Numbered from the stretch's first letter, positions 28,089-44,082 are shown. The stretch is 64,000 nucleotides of DNA from Chrysomallon squamiferum (GCA_012295275.1 CM022679.1:29450001-29514000); one strand, 5' to 3'. Notes: generated by a model not told the origin, from the sequence alone. Numbers and translations: made by a program.

Positions 28089-30619
28089 CATTTTCTCTTT
28101 CGTAACATAAGTACAGGTCATAAAATTAAAATGATTTTCTGAAGAAAATGATTAATATAATTTTTTTTTAATTTTTTTTTTTATAATTAACCTATATTGT
28201 TAATTCACAGAATTATTATTTAAAATGATAATTAATGCATAAACCTTATAAAAATTAATGAAATCATTGGAATTTGTTTAGCTGAATATTTAAAAGAATT
28301 TTCAAAATAGCCATTGTGTTGAAAAAAAAAAGCTTTGAATATTGTGACAATAAAGAAATCAGTTTTCAGTATAAACTACAATGCTGAAATTCATTTTTAA
28401 TTTTGCTGCAATACTGAAAAATATTTTCAATGTGATCCAAAATGAAAAAAGTATTTTCAGCATAGCCACAATATTGAAAACCATTTTTTAAAAATTAAAA
28501 GCTTGCAAAAAAAAATTAAAAAAAATTAATGTTAACACATGTCTTTCAATAAAGACCCACTTCTTAGCAAGTTTATGATATAAATATTTTCAAGACAAAT
28601 TTACATATTCCTGATAATCTGGACTGTTATCACTGAGTGCTGCCAGAATCGGGGTGAAATTTAAAACTTGCACAAAGTGATGTGAAAATCTAGGTTAAAT
28701 GACATCTAGCTGTGAAATAATCTAAATAAAGGAATCCAAACAAAAAACTGGAGCTGTGAGATAAGTGTGTTTATTTAACAGTACAACAGCCCCCTTGTAT
28801 TGCACAGTTTGTTTTTATACTGATGTAAAACTGAAATATTTCCAATCAGACTTTGCCAGAGGTAGAGGTCAAACTGTGGGGTCAACCATTACTCATGTGA
28901 GGTCAAAATGTTACTCACATGAGGTCAAACTTCACTCATAAATAAACATTCTGCAGTTTGCTGATAGTTCTTCCAGATTCAGAAGCAGAGTTTTGGACTT
29001 ATTCAGAAATCAGGACATATTAAATATACTGAACGAAAAAAGTTTGGGATAATGGAATATTTCTTTATGTGTGAAATCACAATATTGTGTCATACAATGG
29101 ATTTGAATCAATGACATGAAAACCAAGATGGAAAATGGACCAAAATTTAATACAGTAATACATTTCATAAATTATTTTATTGTTATTATTTGCCACCAAA
29201 ATCCTTCAAAGAGAATGTTCAAGATAAGAAACTAAAACTGAATTCCCTAAATATTTCTAGTCAGTATAGATGACTTCTGTCCTGTCAGTACTGAAACTGA
29301 AGGTTCTGTGGCATTCACTTTCTGCAAATGAAGTAATTTTATTTCACATTAACCTATTTGTGTAAGATAATCTTAAGCCTAACTATATTATGTGTTTGTA
29401 AGATAACAGATTTATTTCCTATTTTATATGAAAGTGTCACACATGTTAGACTTTAAGTGGATGAAAAATAATAAATAAATACACAGGTGATACTGGTGAT
29501 TTCTGGGTGGTCTTCAGTTCAAAGATTCTAATCTTACAGATCTGTGAACAGATAAAAAGAACAGGAGTGAAGGTTCAGAAACTTGGATTTTGAAATTATC
29601 TAATCAGCTAAGTATTACAATAATATTAAATTAAAAAAAAAAATGAAAATCCATGTATTTTTATTAATATACTTGTAAAAATGCAAAGCATTCTTTGTCT
29701 CCCAATTATGAAAAAATGCAATAGCAACTTTCAGCAGTATCAAGCTTTAAAAAAATTATTTATTATATATTCTTAAATCAGTAATTAATATAAGCAGTCT
29801 TTTGAAGTTCATGAAATATTGTAATTAACTTTTTATTTATAAAAGCATAAAGAAAGTACATGTATTTAAATCACATAACAACAAAATTTGATTACTAAAT
29901 AAAAGATAAATAAAGTAGATATACAGCTACTATTAACAACATAAGAGGTAAATATTATCATAAAAAACAAGGAGATTAATAGTCTTCTCAGTGATGTTAA
30001 ATACCTGATTGTAAATCATAAAGTAATCTGTGTGTATTACTATATATAAATAAAATGTGATAATTAATATAGCTGTCAGCTGGTTGTGTAATAAAAAATA
30101 TATTTCATGCTGGAAAGTGATAAACTCACACATCATAGAACTGACTATAAATAACAGAAAAGGACACTGAGTACAAAATGTGACAGTAGACAAGTTGTTC
30201 ACATAGATAAAAACAGAGTTAATAACCAATCTGCACGTATCAGTTTAGTTTCTGTTAGGATAAAACAAGGTAATCTCTATGTTACAATTTCACATTTGAA
30301 GTTCTTTTTGTTTTAGTCTTTTTTCTTCATATTAGTGAGTACTATTACTGTTGCTGCTATTAATACTTCAGCAGCTGCTACTATGACTGCCACAGCTGGT
30401 GCTACAGCTACTGTTGCTGTCATCACTACTACTACTACTGCTACAACAACTGATATCATCACTATCACCATTATAAATGCTATAACTACTACTGCTACCA
30501 CAATTACTACTACCACTGCTACTAATATTACCATTACACTACTACTACTGCACCTGTTAACAGTATATTATGCCTCTACTTATTTTGACATATTTGAAAA
30601 AATTAAATTAAATGGTGTT

Positions 30620-30715
30620 TGTTTTCCTGTAAGTGGGAAGGTGTATATAAAAGATCCCTGGCTGCTGATAAAACCATCATTCAATCTTGTGGCAACAGTA
30701 TTTTTTTTTTCAGAT
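30620..30715 (+). mobile_element. Fragment of the same SINE-like repeat, opposite orientation
   Basis: cctgtaagtgggaaggtgtatataaaagatccctggctgctgat is the reverse complement of the agcag..atcttttata..cac..tccca..cagg core seen in the other copies. Confidence 0.45.
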
Positions 30716-30749
30716 CATCACACACAAACACTTACATATGCACAAACTG

Positions 30750-30833
<84 letters not shown>

Positions 30834-31659
30834 GATGTTATAATATGAATATTCAAAAAAAGCAACATTTACTTGCACAGAGAGTTCACTCGTGTAGACC
30901 CTCACTGATCTTATTAACTCTGAACCAAGCCTGGAGCTTTGTCAGCTGATTTTGCTTTTCTGTGGTGTTTTCTTTCTGAGACACTTTTTACATGTTACCT
31001 GACCATCCCAAAGCTTTAATTGCCTAATTATCACCAATTCTGATAACACCAGTAATACCGGTAACCCAGAACCTACACATTAAACATTTATAAAAATATT
31101 ATACATTTATTTTATTTTTTTTTTTTTTTTTTTTTTCACACTCTTTTTCTGACACGTACAAAAATAAAACCTTATTTTTGTGAATATCTGATGTTCAGTT
31201 TTGGATGAGAGAAGTTTAACCAATGAGAATAAATGTATTTTTAATGACCTCTCATTTAAATATTTATTTAAGCATCAATCCTTCTTTTATTTTCAGTATT
31301 GTGATGATATTAGAAAAGAAACCCATTTCAACATGAAGCAAGAAGAATCTTTTATAGATACACTTTCCCATGAACAGGAAGACGTACACCAGTTATAACT
31401 GGAGCTATGACTGGAACAGGAAACAGCCCAAACTGTGCTCTAACTCTAAGCAGACTGATGCAACAACATGCCTAATGATGAAAGTGTTCTACCAGTGATA
31501 AGGGTTGGGGTGACACAAGTTTTAAACAGAAACGTGAAAAGACTTATCTGTACATAACAGCCAATTCTTCAGTTTAAATCAAGGAAACTGATACTGGGGT
31601 ATTAGAGTTAACAGTAAAAAATATATATATGAAAATGATATTCTTTATTTTAGATATTT

Positions 31660-31706
<47 letters not shown>

Positions 31707-33766
31707 TTAAAAAGCTTGTCAATGTCTGAAATTAAAGAATATACTAAAATGTTGAATTTCAAGTGATTTTTTTCAAACAATTTAAAATTCCACGAGCAAA
31801 CCTCGAAGACCCCGTTTAACACACAAATACTTCGCGCTGCAGGAGCTAATAAATCTTCTCCTATTTAAGCTGCCATTTTCTTCTGTTTATGAAATTTACT
31901 GTATTAGTCACCTTTGACCCAGCCTTCTTCACCCAGCCAGCCAATCAGAAGCTGCGAAATGCAATACTCGCACTGTGTAATTATCAGAGCACTTCATCCT
32001 CACTGCTATCAGGGTGATGTACTGCATCCTGGACTCACGGGGCAGGGCAAGCCACCCCACCCACTTAAACAGAGTTTAGAAGGTTCGTTGTGGGGTTGGG
32101 GTTATGAGGGCAGAGATTAAACGGTTAGGGTAGGAATACAACCAGGATCTGTAGCAGTTTCTCCCCAACTCATTACTCCTTTCTTTACTTGTAAAAAAAA
32201 TCCTTACTTTTATATTGTTAAATCAATATGTAGAAGAAAAAAAAAAGTTTGCATCATTATTCTGTGATTTTAACAGCACTTACAGAAATAAAATAATCAA
32301 TAGAATAATTAAATAAAATGAAACACAGAGATGAAAATCTCTACTAAAAAAAAGAGTAATAATAATAATAATAATAATATATTATTGTTTGTGAAATATT
32401 TAAAGTGAAATTCAATTAGTATTGTTTACAAAACAAAAAGGAATAATTACTGAGTCAAAATTTACTAAAGAAGCAAATCAGCTTCTTTATAATAACCCAG
32501 CCTCCAAGCATTTGAAAATGAAATTCAGTCAGTTTGAAAACAGAAAACACTTGTTACAAATAATGACTTAGAGATGATATTCAGTTAATTTTCAAACAAA
32601 ATAATCACATCTAATAATCTATTTACAAATTTATTTAAGTTTTGATATTTGTATTTGTGAACTGAGATATCTGAGCTAAGAGAGCACTAAAGTGTGAGAA
32701 TATAAAAAAAAAAAAAAAAAAGGACTCTCCCTTAAATTTTCCCCTTTAGTCTGAAATTTATCCCACAGTCCAAAAGTTTCTGGTGAGACTCAGTGATACT
32801 GAGAAGACCAAATTACTAAGAGCTGAGCAATGTGATTTAGTCTGAGAGTTAATTTAAAATGATTTTTTTACACCGAGTTAAAAGATAATGTTTCTGTCAT
32901 TGAAAGTTTCAGCAAATGTACTATTCATAGATTTTGTTATTCTTGTTGTTTTTATTTTGCATTATGTTTATTGTTGCAGTTATTATTGTTATTACTATTA
33001 TTATTATTATTATTATTATTATTAGTCATAAGCAGTAGTAATAGTAACAGCGTCAGTGGTAGTAGTAGTTGTAGTTGTTGTAATAATAGTAGCAGTAGTA
33101 GTGATAGTAGTAATAGTGGTGATATGGTAATAACAGTTGTAATAGAAGAAATAGTAGTAGTAGTAGTGGTAGTAGTAGTAGTAGTGGTGGTAGTAGTAGC
33201 AGCAGTAGTAGTAGTAACAGTGGTAGTAGTAGTAGTGGTAGTAGTAGTATTTGTTGTAATAGTAGCAGTAGCAGTGATAGTAGTAATAGTGGTGATATGG
33301 TAATAACAGTTGTAGTAGAAGAAATAGTAGTAGTAGTAGTGGTAGTAGTTGTGGCAGTGGTGGTATTGGTCACAGTAGTTGTAGTAGCAGTAGTGGTAAT
33401 GATAATAGAGGCAGTAGCAGTATTCCAGTTACAGTAATATTCGTTGTTATTATTAAATGATTATGTGGAGACAGGCATCCCATAGTAAGCTAAGACACTG
33501 ATAAACGTATCAATAAGATTATCACAAATAAATTCACTTAGTTTGGAATTTCTCTGTGTTGTTAATTATACCCATCACCTCTTACAGAAATACTCAGAGG
33601 TTATCTGCGCCAGATAGCGAGGAATTCCTTCAATCTACTGTTCTTAACATGCTCATTTAAATGTCTATCAGTAGCAAGGAATCTTTTACACCCCTCCTGG
33701 AAAAACAGTTGAGAAAATAAATGATCAAAGGAAGGAAGAAAGGAAGAAAGTATGGATGGAAAGAAA

Positions 33767-34060
33767 GAAGGAACTGTTTTATTTAATGCAGTTCACACAA
33801 CTGATTTTTTCAAAATGCTTCAGTTATTTCAGTATCTAAAACAGGGTTAAGCAGCACTCAGATAACATGAAAAGCATCTCATTGGCTACTCTTTTTTATC
33901 AGCAGAAAGTCATTTTTATTATGTGCCTTCCTATACAGTGGAAAAAATAATAGTTCCACAATCTTTGATACATTATATTACCAGCACTGGCTAGAACAGG
34001 AAATTGCATAAGACTATATGTCAGGAAGAACTGACCTATAACATATCAGGTTATTGCTCT
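33767..34060 (-). mobile_element. Degenerate SINE-like interspersed repeat
   Basis: Ordered motifs gaaggaa..gttttatttaa / ggctactctttt..agcag / cactggctagaacaggaaat. These partly recur at ~13910-14075, ~31300-31490, ~42025-42280 and ~47852-47960, and in the opposite orientation at ~30620-30715. Resembles, from memory, an abundant gastropod tRNA-derived repeat. Confidence 0.5.
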
Positions 34061-35559
34061 AGCTGGTAAATAACAGCTTTGGCTAATTATGTATTGTTTC
34101 TAAATATATCACGCGCGTGCAATATCTGAATATAAATACCACATCAATACTGGTTCAATATTCTGACATCAAACAAGACCCATTCAGTGACAAAACATTT
34201 GCAGTGTAAGTAATCCCAGCCCTGACTGTCGTCAGTGCAAACACAACATCATCATTCCACAAGGGGTTTGTAACAAACAGGCTTAATGTCCAGAGATGAC
34301 ATCGTCATGGCAAATTGCTGCAGCGTTCACAACAAGAAGCAGAGTTTGGTTAAGTCAGCTGGTGCAGCAGGTGATGTGCTTGCGTGGTGTGATGTATCAC
34401 AGCGATGTCACGAGAGAAAACAATCAGACAGTTCTTCATCCATTGATTTGCTGTGTGGTTTTCAGTGTCGTGTGTGTTTATTTGAGATATCACACAGGGT
34501 TTGTGTCTTAAGTGGTGTTACTGTATACATATCTGTTTTGATAATATTTCTTCTTTTTTCTTTCTTCTTCTTCTTATTCTTTTTTTTTTCTGTATTATTA
34601 CAATCATTAATAATACTGATTTCTTATTTTTGATTTTAAAAAAAAAAAAAAATTTTAAGGCTGATTTTATTTTATTATTTTTTTTATATTTGTTTATTGA
34701 TTGATTGATTGATTTATTGTCTTGCTTGTTACAAGTTCTCACTGCTGGAATACATTATTACAATCATTATTATTATTATATCACATTTATTGACTTACTT
34801 ACACCGTTATTTACTGCATGACTTTAAAATATTTAAAGATGTCTCAATTTAAAACGCTGTAAGTGTGTGTGTGTATATGTTGTATATATCAATAAATTTA
34901 ACAAGACTCTTGACATGCATTGACTTAAACCCACTCCAGATAGGACTGCAAGGCATTCAATATCCGTGAGACATTCTAAACCTGACCGTAGAAATAATAC
35001 ACTCCAACCCACTGGTATCAGTTTTCAGTGGTTGGTGTCAGGTTCTGACAGACATTTCATAGACACTCTGACAACAGCTAGTCTCACTGTCACTGGATCT
35101 GTTTCTGATTAAAGTCAATAATAAGATCATTACTTCAGCATGTGTGGAGATTTAACACCAGCATGTGAAAAAAAAACACAGGTATGACAGCAGGCTTAGC
35201 TCAGTGGTTAGAGTGATGTAACAATCTGATGCAGGATTATTTCTAGCAGGTATCACAAACATAATCCATTGTTCTAAACCTTGCTTCGTATGATGCAAAA
35301 AATGAATGACGATACAGGTATTTATAGGAGTGATAGATGTAGTAATAGTAGTAGCAGTGGTAGCTGTAGAAGTAGTACTAGTAGTAGTAGTAATGTAGTA
35401 ATAGTAGTAATAGAAGTAGTAGTAGTAGTAGTAGTAATGTAGTAATAGTAGTAGCAACTGCAGCAATTATAATAATAACATTTCTTTCTCTTCAACCAGA
35501 GGAAATAAAGGAAATAGCTGATGTTCAATAATTAAAATAAAATAGAAAAAATGTGTAAA

Positions 35560-35657
<98 letters not shown>

Positions 35658-36364
35658 ACACACACACAAAACAAATAAATAAAGGGAAAGTCCTATCTCA
35701 GAAAGAAAATATTTTCATGTTGTTGTACATTAAAGTGGTGATATCTGTCAAAGATCTACACAGTCCAGACCCAGATTGGGAAAAACAAACAAACATGAAC
35801 AATATTATTGCACACCCAGTCTAAAACTCTCTGATATCAGCTATCCACTTTCAACGACTGTACTCAGGAACAAATATCTAAAACAGGTACACATTCAGTG
35901 GCAGGTCTGGGGTGAGGTGTTTGGGTGTAACTGCCACACCTAAAGCTCCCAATTTAAAAAAAAAATTCTTATTGGATAGACAGCAAAATCTTACTTTTCT
36001 CAAGTATGGTGTGTATGACAGGTAAAAGGTTGGAAGTTTAACCTTAACTTTGAATTGTCATAATAATTTTCAAGTGTTCAAATCTTACCTAACTAAAGAA
36101 CATATGAATTTTTTTTGTTGATGGTACAATACAATATAATATGTTATTTTTATATTAAAAAAATAATAAGTAAATAAGTGATAGAAAAGTTTTAATCTTT
36201 CTAAATGCCTAGATTAAAAAATAAATAAATAAATAAATAACATCTGTACAATGTCTCCCTGTAACAACATTCAACTCTGTTTTCAAAACAAAAATAAACT
36301 TGTTTATTTAATCTTCATTAAAAAATGCAAACAACAGTATTATTGTTGTTGTTGTTGTTGTTAA

Positions 36365-36396
<32 letters not shown>

Positions 36397-36823
36397 TTAT
36401 GTATATTTTTAGAAACTCACTAACATGGGAGGCTTTGAAAGAAAATAAATATGATAAAAAAAAAAGATAAAGAAAAAAACTTTCACTTTTCAAAAGAGTA
36501 GATATGACCCTTACATAAAAACATATCACTTTTCTTATCAGGCTGGCAAAATCATCAAGATAAATTATAGAAATCTTTTGTGCCAGCAAAAAAATAATAA
36601 ATAAAAAAATTCTAATATTTATTTATCTGGTAGCCATGGTGCTAGAACAAAGACCATTGTCCAATGTTATCAAATGTAAATCTTAGTGATACATTAGGAG
36701 TAGAAGGTTATGTTTAAAGTTGATTAAGTAAAACAAAGTAGTATATTGTACTTGTATATTGTACTTACATTTTGTTCTTTCTTTATTTTATTTTATTTTA
36801 TTTTAATCTTTTTATTACTATTT

Positions 36824-36887
<64 letters not shown>

Positions 36888-37039
36888 TTATTTTTTTATT
36901 TCTTTATTTTTTATTTTTTTTACTGGAAACAAGTCCTTGAAAACAACAAGGAAGAAGAAGATTTCTTTTTCCTTCAGTGATGACCAATAAATTTGAATTA
37001 AATAAAAAGAAAAGAAAAGAATAAATAATCTCTACTCAC

Positions 37040-37109
37040 CCTTTTTTGACTTTGCTCCTATTTTCAGTTTTGTTGGCCATGTAATTTGAGTATTTGTTTC
37101 ATCCATAAT
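37040..37109 (-). CDS. BicC: Bicaudal-C homolog, exon 3 (KH1)
   Basis: tttcag| ... |gtgagt; 70 bp, phase 0->1. Encodes IMDETNTQITWPTKLKIGAKSKK, near-identical to BICC1 IMEETNTQIAWPSKLKIGAKSKK. Confidence 0.95.
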
Positions 37110-37617
37110 CTGAAAAAAAATGAAAAAAAACATAAATAAAATAAAAGTATACATATTTAATTATATTTGCTTATTTATTTATACCAGGCAAACTTTTCAG
37201 ACCATAAACAGTTTTGTGCAGTCTTTGATTTCTCATCAACCCCAAACATGTAAAATAAATAAATGAATGAACTGATTCCTGTTAAGATTCATTTGATTGT
37301 TCCTTTTCAGTTTCTGTTTTTTTTTGTTTCTAGTTCCCCTTTTGACCCACAGATTCTTATAAACCCCCTGGGTTGTCCGTCCCACTGTCCCACCTACAGA
37401 TTTGTCACCCCTGCTTTAAACTGAAGTTGTTTGTTGCAAAACACAATGAAAGCATAAATTATAAATAAATAAACACCAGAATGTGCAGCAACCAGATACA
37501 TATGTGAACAAATATTCACAACAAGGTTACATATACACACCCCAGTAAAAAGATATATATATATATATATATATATTATAGAGACAGACAAATAAGAGAT
37601 TAGCAAAAATTACAAAC

Positions 37618-37664
37618 CCTTTGAAAAAAATCTTCTGCATTTTCATCTGTTTCATTATCTGGTG
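37618..37664 (-). CDS. BicC: Bicaudal-C homolog, exon 2
   Basis: ttccag| ... |gtttgt; 47 bp, phase 1->0. Encodes (A)PDNETDENAEDFFQR, cf. BICC1 GEDFFQK. Confidence 0.88.
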
Positions 37665-38133
37665 CTGGAAATAAAAAAAAAATAAAAAATTATTATTATT
37701 ATTATTATTATAGTTGTTATTGTCATTATCATCATCATCATCATCTGATTTTATTTTTAAAAATCTATATCAATAATAAAAAAAATTAAATTAAATAAAC
37801 AAAAATAAGTAATAAATAAATAAATGAATAAAGAAAACACACTAAACACTTAGAACTGTACACATAAACACACCACGCCCAGTATGTGTTACAGAACAGG
37901 TCAAAACTGGAGTGAGTAGCAGTGTTTATAAACACAAGAAAAACACAGCAGTGACTTCAGATTGAAGAATTTCTTACAAAATTCACTCAGGTTTATTGTT
38001 TGTCCTTCAGACGTTCAGATATAAAAAACAGGTGGGTGCAGTTTGCATAAAAACACTGGATGCTTATTGATAACACGTGACATCACGTAATACCCAGAAC
38101 AATATGTAATACTTTATAACCAAACATTTAAAA

Positions 38134-38315
38134 ATGTAATACTCTATAAAACAAAGTAATATTAATACTTTATGACATGTAATACTTTATAAAACAAAGT
38201 AATATTAATACTTTATGACATGTAATACTTTATAAAACAAAGTAATATTAATACTTTATGACATGTAATACTTTATAAAACAAAGTAATATTAATACTTT
38301 ATGACATATAATACT
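38134..38315. repeat. 43-bp minisatellite, ~4 copies
   Basis: Unit ATGTAATACTTTATAAAACAAAGTAATATTAATACTTTATGAC. Confidence 0.9.
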
Positions 38316-39681
38316 TAACAAAACGTTCTTTTTTTTTATAACTGTTAATAAATTGTAATACATTAATGTGTCAAGTACTTAAAAAAATATCTGAAAAATA
38401 CATAAGAAATTAGAACGAATAATATTTGTAATTATAATAACAAAAATAAATAAACACAAACATAAATAAATATAAGTCTAAACTTTAATGTATTGGCTTA
38501 ATTAACTCTGATCCAAAACTCTTTATATCAAACCTCATTATCAGCCGAAACCAAGTTTTGATCCTCGAACCACAAGGCCGAGGACTAAATGAAACGAACC
38601 CCCAAAAAACTGACTGCTGTAAATATCTTTATTTCTATTTGTTTTTATATCAGTCATTAAGTAATTCTAGGCCTCTTGCATGCTTTCATTAATGCCACAG
38701 AGACGAAATTAAAGCTAGATCCTTTTTTATTTTTTCTCTTTTCACCTGAATGTGAGAAAAACACTTGTGTGTGTTTATTCCTGGCCTCCTGCTACGTCTG
38801 CTAGTGGCAGTATTGACTGCTCTTTGTACCTGCACATCAAACACGACTGCTTCGTTAAGCACTTTACCTGATAGGTGAGAGGTCTAACAAGGTTTACACA
38901 CACCTTCAGAGAACGTTCATTTATGAAACCAGGTTGTGTTAATTTGTCATCATGGTTATCTTTTTAATGAAGATGATTTGCTGTTATTGTTGTTGTTGTT
39001 GTAGTTGTTGTTGTTGTTACATTTATTATTATTATCATTATCAGTATCATCATCATTCTTATATTTAGTGTTATTGTTGTTTTTTATCATTATTATTACA
39101 TTTATCATCCTCATCATCATTCATGTTGTTTTTGTTATCATTACTACATTTATCATTATCATCTATATCATCATCAGCATTATCCATATCATTATAGATT
39201 TTTTTTTTTTTTTTAATTATTATTATATAATAATCATCATAGATATGTGTCCACAACATCAATGCTTGAACCCACATTGGTTGTAAGTGTATGACAAATG
39301 ATTGATTGATTGAATAGGTGCTATAAAGTAGTTTGCACCACACCTGGAATACTAATCAGTGAAAAACCTGCACACAGCATGCACACGATATTTATAGAGG
39401 AAAATCTGTAAATATGCAGAATGTTTTTTTCCCCACTGATTATCAGTTATTTTGAGATACCATTAAAGATGCAGGTATAAGCAGCAGTTTAAGATGCAAG
39501 TAAAAGAACATATGATATAATCAGACAAAATGAGATATATGGACCAATGCTCACACAGAAACACACACAAATACACACATAAATACACATGATTACACAT
39601 ATATGTTCAGAATAATACATATAAATGTACATACAAACATGACTACATGACTATATGGAACAGATAAGATGCAGACATTCA

Positions 39682-39715
<34 letters not shown>

Positions 39716-40240
39716 TAGAGATAGAAAGATAGATAGATAGATACACACACAGCCATCAAGATATATAAAATAACACATTTAAAGAACTAAACCAGCTATA
39801 TAGATGTAACATTACATATGGAAAATATTACACTGCTATATAATTGACTATATTATTACCACTACATTATAACACAGATACAATACATGGGATATTACAT
39901 GGGAACAACAAAATCAGGGAAGGTTGTATAATTACAACCACTTTGTATGTGATGCACCAGAAAGCCTCCACTTTTTTCCCCAGATGCTTCCAATGTTATC
40001 AGTAAACAGAGGAGGGTTGGGCAACAAGCTTCTTTCTGACAGAGATGGGTGAAGTCTCAACACACACTGATCAGCTTCTGAACCAGAAACAAAAACATCA
40101 CCAGTTGAACAACACACACTGTATCAGAAATACTTGTCAGGCGCACTAAGGCATTGACAGACAGATGGCTGGATGGACAGATAGACAGACAGAGAGACAT
40201 ACATATATTCACACCTAGTAATATAGTATAAGCATATGTA

Positions 40241-40351
<111 letters not shown>

Positions 40352-42334
40352 GCATCATATCATTATCTAAAAAATGTTTATTTAACAAATGATTCCACAC
40401 AAACAAACTGAATACTATTATGTTCTATTAATAAAAATATGTTGCGGTTTGTTGCTGTGAGTTGTGACTCACTAACTTCTACTGTGGTGAGTTAAGATGC
40501 TCCAACCTGCCATTACTTACTCACTGCTAATTACAATGTGCCACTTTCTACAGGAAATGACTCACAATATCGCAGGTAAACAGGTATTTCACAGGACTCA
40601 AAATTCAAACTTACACAGAATAATGATTTTGTTATTCTTGTGCTGGTGCATAAAATTAAACAAATTGGGCCTGGAAGTATTTTTTATTTAATATTTTCAA
40701 ATATAAAGGTTTCAAAGTAAATAGGTAAGTAAATAATCTAAAGTATTTAATTAAATTTTAAGTTTTTTAATTAATAATCGTCTTTCTTTAGAATTTTCTT
40801 TGTTGTTGTTTACTAGTTGTAGTAATTATCACTTGTGATGCTTTTTTGGTTTTGCTCTTTTTTTTGTGGGTTGTATAAATATAAGCAATGTAAACATTTA
40901 TTTCTTTATTATAGGTCTCAAAATTATAATCAGTTTTCCAATTATTTTTTTTTTAGATTCTTCTATCTTAGTATCTCTTTGATATACATTTTAGAAATCT
41001 AATTTTTGTATCTGTACAAGTTCCAGAAAAATAATGTTTTGGGGGTTGTTTGTTTTTTTTGCATCTTCTAAACTAAAACTTCTAGAATCTTAACCCATTT
41101 TCTGAATGAATTTCAAAAACACAGCTGTTGTTTTGTTTTCTCTCTCCGAGTTTTTCGCATTCAGTTCTACTCTAGATTTCCTCAATAGCCGATTTCCTTG
41201 AACAGTTATTAAATATTCATTGATGTAATTCACGAGGGTAATACAATCTTGAACAATATATTGTATACAACATTGATTTGTTTTTACTGACACATGTTTA
41301 TCTTACACTTTTTTTTTTAATTTTTTTTTTTTTTTTACTAAAGTTTATATTTGTTGTTATATCTATTGAAGATGTTGTCAGTGAAACACACAGGTAAACA
41401 GTTTGTGACAAAACAATAATTGCCAGGGATGTTCATGTTTTACCACAGAAATGAATAACACATATATTATTACCAAACCATTGATTATATTATGTATTAC
41501 ATACATGTACGATATATAGCAGTTATTTCACTGTTTTTGTTTTTACCCAATTTTAGTTTTAAATTTTAGTCATTTCAATATCCTAATTTAATATGTTTTA
41601 TACAAAACAAAACAAAAAAAAATATATATTAATAGTAAGACATTAATTATTGATAAAACCAGACAGCTATAGACAGAAGATAACAATGGAAATAAAATAT
41701 CATTTATCGACTGTTATATATCCATTGTTTAAAATAAATAAATAAATCCAAATTAATAAATAATTAATTAAAATTCAAGGGAAGTAAAACAACAGAACAA
41801 AACATTTTGCTTTTATAATATAAAATAAAATCAAAATTAATATTTAGAAATGTGTAATGTTTTATAAAAACGAAAAAAAAAAACGAAAAAAAAAAAACAG
41901 GTTTTAAAGCATAATATTTTATAATGGAAAGGAATATTTTAAAATACTTAGAAAATAAAATCACGGTAAAACTTATTTTATGGTTTACTTATTAATGAAG
42001 CAAATCACACTAAACCAAAGGAGAAGTTAAGGAAACATACTCACTGAAAAAAGGAACACTCATTTATGGTAATCGTTTTTAGCAGTATTAAGGCTTTGTG
42101 ATGTTTCTAAACAAGTAAGGAATTTTTCAAACACATTCCTCAACATAAATGTTTGTGGTTTTATTTTTTGTTGGTTTTTTTCTTTGATACATCAACATGC
42201 AGAAATAGCTGGAACAAAAAAAACTGTCCTGCAAGGAGGTTTGATCCTAGACACTATCATGTCTCAGGTATGCATGACTTAAAGAGTTAAACAAATATAC
42301 CACAAAGTGTTACATAAATTAAAAAGGAAGGAAA

Positions 42335-42890
42335 AACTGTAGTCAGTTAGGGAATAATATAGTCTGTGACTGTGAGGAATGCTGTGGTCTGAAAGGTAAT
42401 GCTGTAGTTCGTGAGGGAATGGTGTTGTTTGTCAGGGAATGCTGTAGTCTAAGGGAATACTGTAATAGATGAAGAAAACTTTAATTCCTGAAATAATGCG
42501 CTAGTCTAGGAGGGAATGCTCTAGTCAATAAGGAGATGCTGTAGTTTGTGAGGGAATGCTGTACCCAGTGAGTAGTCTAAAGGAATACTGCAATGATTGA
42601 AGAATGCTTTAATGCTCTAGTCAACAAGATAATGCTATAGTTTGGGAGGGAATGCTGTACTCAGTGAGTAGTCTAAAGGAATACTGTAATGATTGAAGAA
42701 TGCTTTAATGCTCTGGTCTAGGAGGGAATGCTGTAGTCTAGGAGGGAATGCTCTAGTCAATAAGATGATGCTGTAGTTTGTGAGGGAATGCTGTAATCAG
42801 TGAGTAGTCTAAAGGAATACTGTAATGATTGAAGAATGCTTTAATGCTCTGTTCTATGAGGGAATGCTGTAGTCTAGGAAGGAATAACAT
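42335..42890. repeat. Degenerate ~20-bp satellite with higher-order structure
   Basis: GGGAATGCTGTAGTCTAGGA-type units; the block cagtgagtagtctaaaggaatactg...attgaagaatgctttaatgctct occurs three times. Confidence 0.85.
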
Positions 42891-43324
42891 TACACAAAAG
42901 AAATGCTATACTCTAGAATGCTATGATGGAATGCTGAAGTCACTAATGAAATGGTGCACCCAAAGAGAAGTCACTGCACAAAGAGAAGTCACTGCAGTAG
43001 TGATTCTCTCACAGAATCCCTGACTCAGGTGAAGATAACAGTACATCTGTCCAACCAAACACACCTGTTGTTACCTCTGACAACCTCCCATAAACACTGT
43101 CAAAATATTTTTACTTAAGAGTAAATAGAAAAAAAATATAAAAGAATAATAATGAAATTTTCAAAAAAGAAGCATTAAAAAAAAAAAATACCTATTTAAA
43201 TATTTTTTCTAATAGAATGTTTGTGATGAACTAATGGATTGATAGAAAGAACGACAGAAGAGTGAATTAATGTATTTGTAAATGAATGACAGATGGATGT
43301 AGTTGGATAAATAAAATAAGATCA

Positions 43325-43355
<31 letters not shown>

Positions 43356-43436
43356 CAAATGAACAGTAAATAAATAAATAATAAATAGTTCACATAAAAC
43401 TGTGCTTGAAAATAACAACAGTAATACTATTAATAG

Positions 43437-43468
<32 letters not shown>

Positions 43469-43852
43469 TAATCTACTTATTAACCCTATAATCAAAACAA
43501 ATTTTTATTTCTTGTGTATGGAACAAACTGAAAAAGGTCAGATTGCTAAGAATGGGATGAAGATATAAAATGAGTGAGTAACTGATTGAAAATGCATTAG
43601 CTATAAGTACACTCTGGGGAGCTGAGTGTTCAACAAAGCTTAGCCGTTTCGTTAAAGGCAAATACAGAAAAGTAAAAAAGTGTAATTCATTGATAACTGT
43701 TGGCACATGAACACACGAGCCATAATTCCTCGACTTGAAACCATTAAAGCAATGCTGAGAACCAGATGAAGGTGATAATTTGGTTGTTAAATATAAATAT
43801 AGATAACATTAGTTCATCTTGTGTGCGCATTCGAATTCTAGCCAAAAATAAG

Positions 43853-43884
<32 letters not shown>

Positions 43885-44045
43885 AATAATAATACGTTAC
43901 TTTTGTTGTAGTAATAATTTAATATTATTTTTATTATTATTATTATCATAATAATAAAAGTTAAATAATATATATAAAATGAAAACAAAATCTTCATATA
44001 TCTACATACATACATATGTGTGTGTGTGTATATATATATATATAT

Positions 44046-44082
<37 letters not shown>

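Noticed and set aside
30335-30949. 204-aa Thr/Ala-rich mucin-like ORF
   Set aside because: Made of (ACT/GCT)n and (CA)n repeats plus a SINE fragment, antisense within a BicC intron.
35186-35290. tRNA gene (tagctcagtggttagag A-box)
   Set aside because: No B-box/T-loop or acceptor-stem pairing found; more likely a decayed tRNA-derived SINE head.
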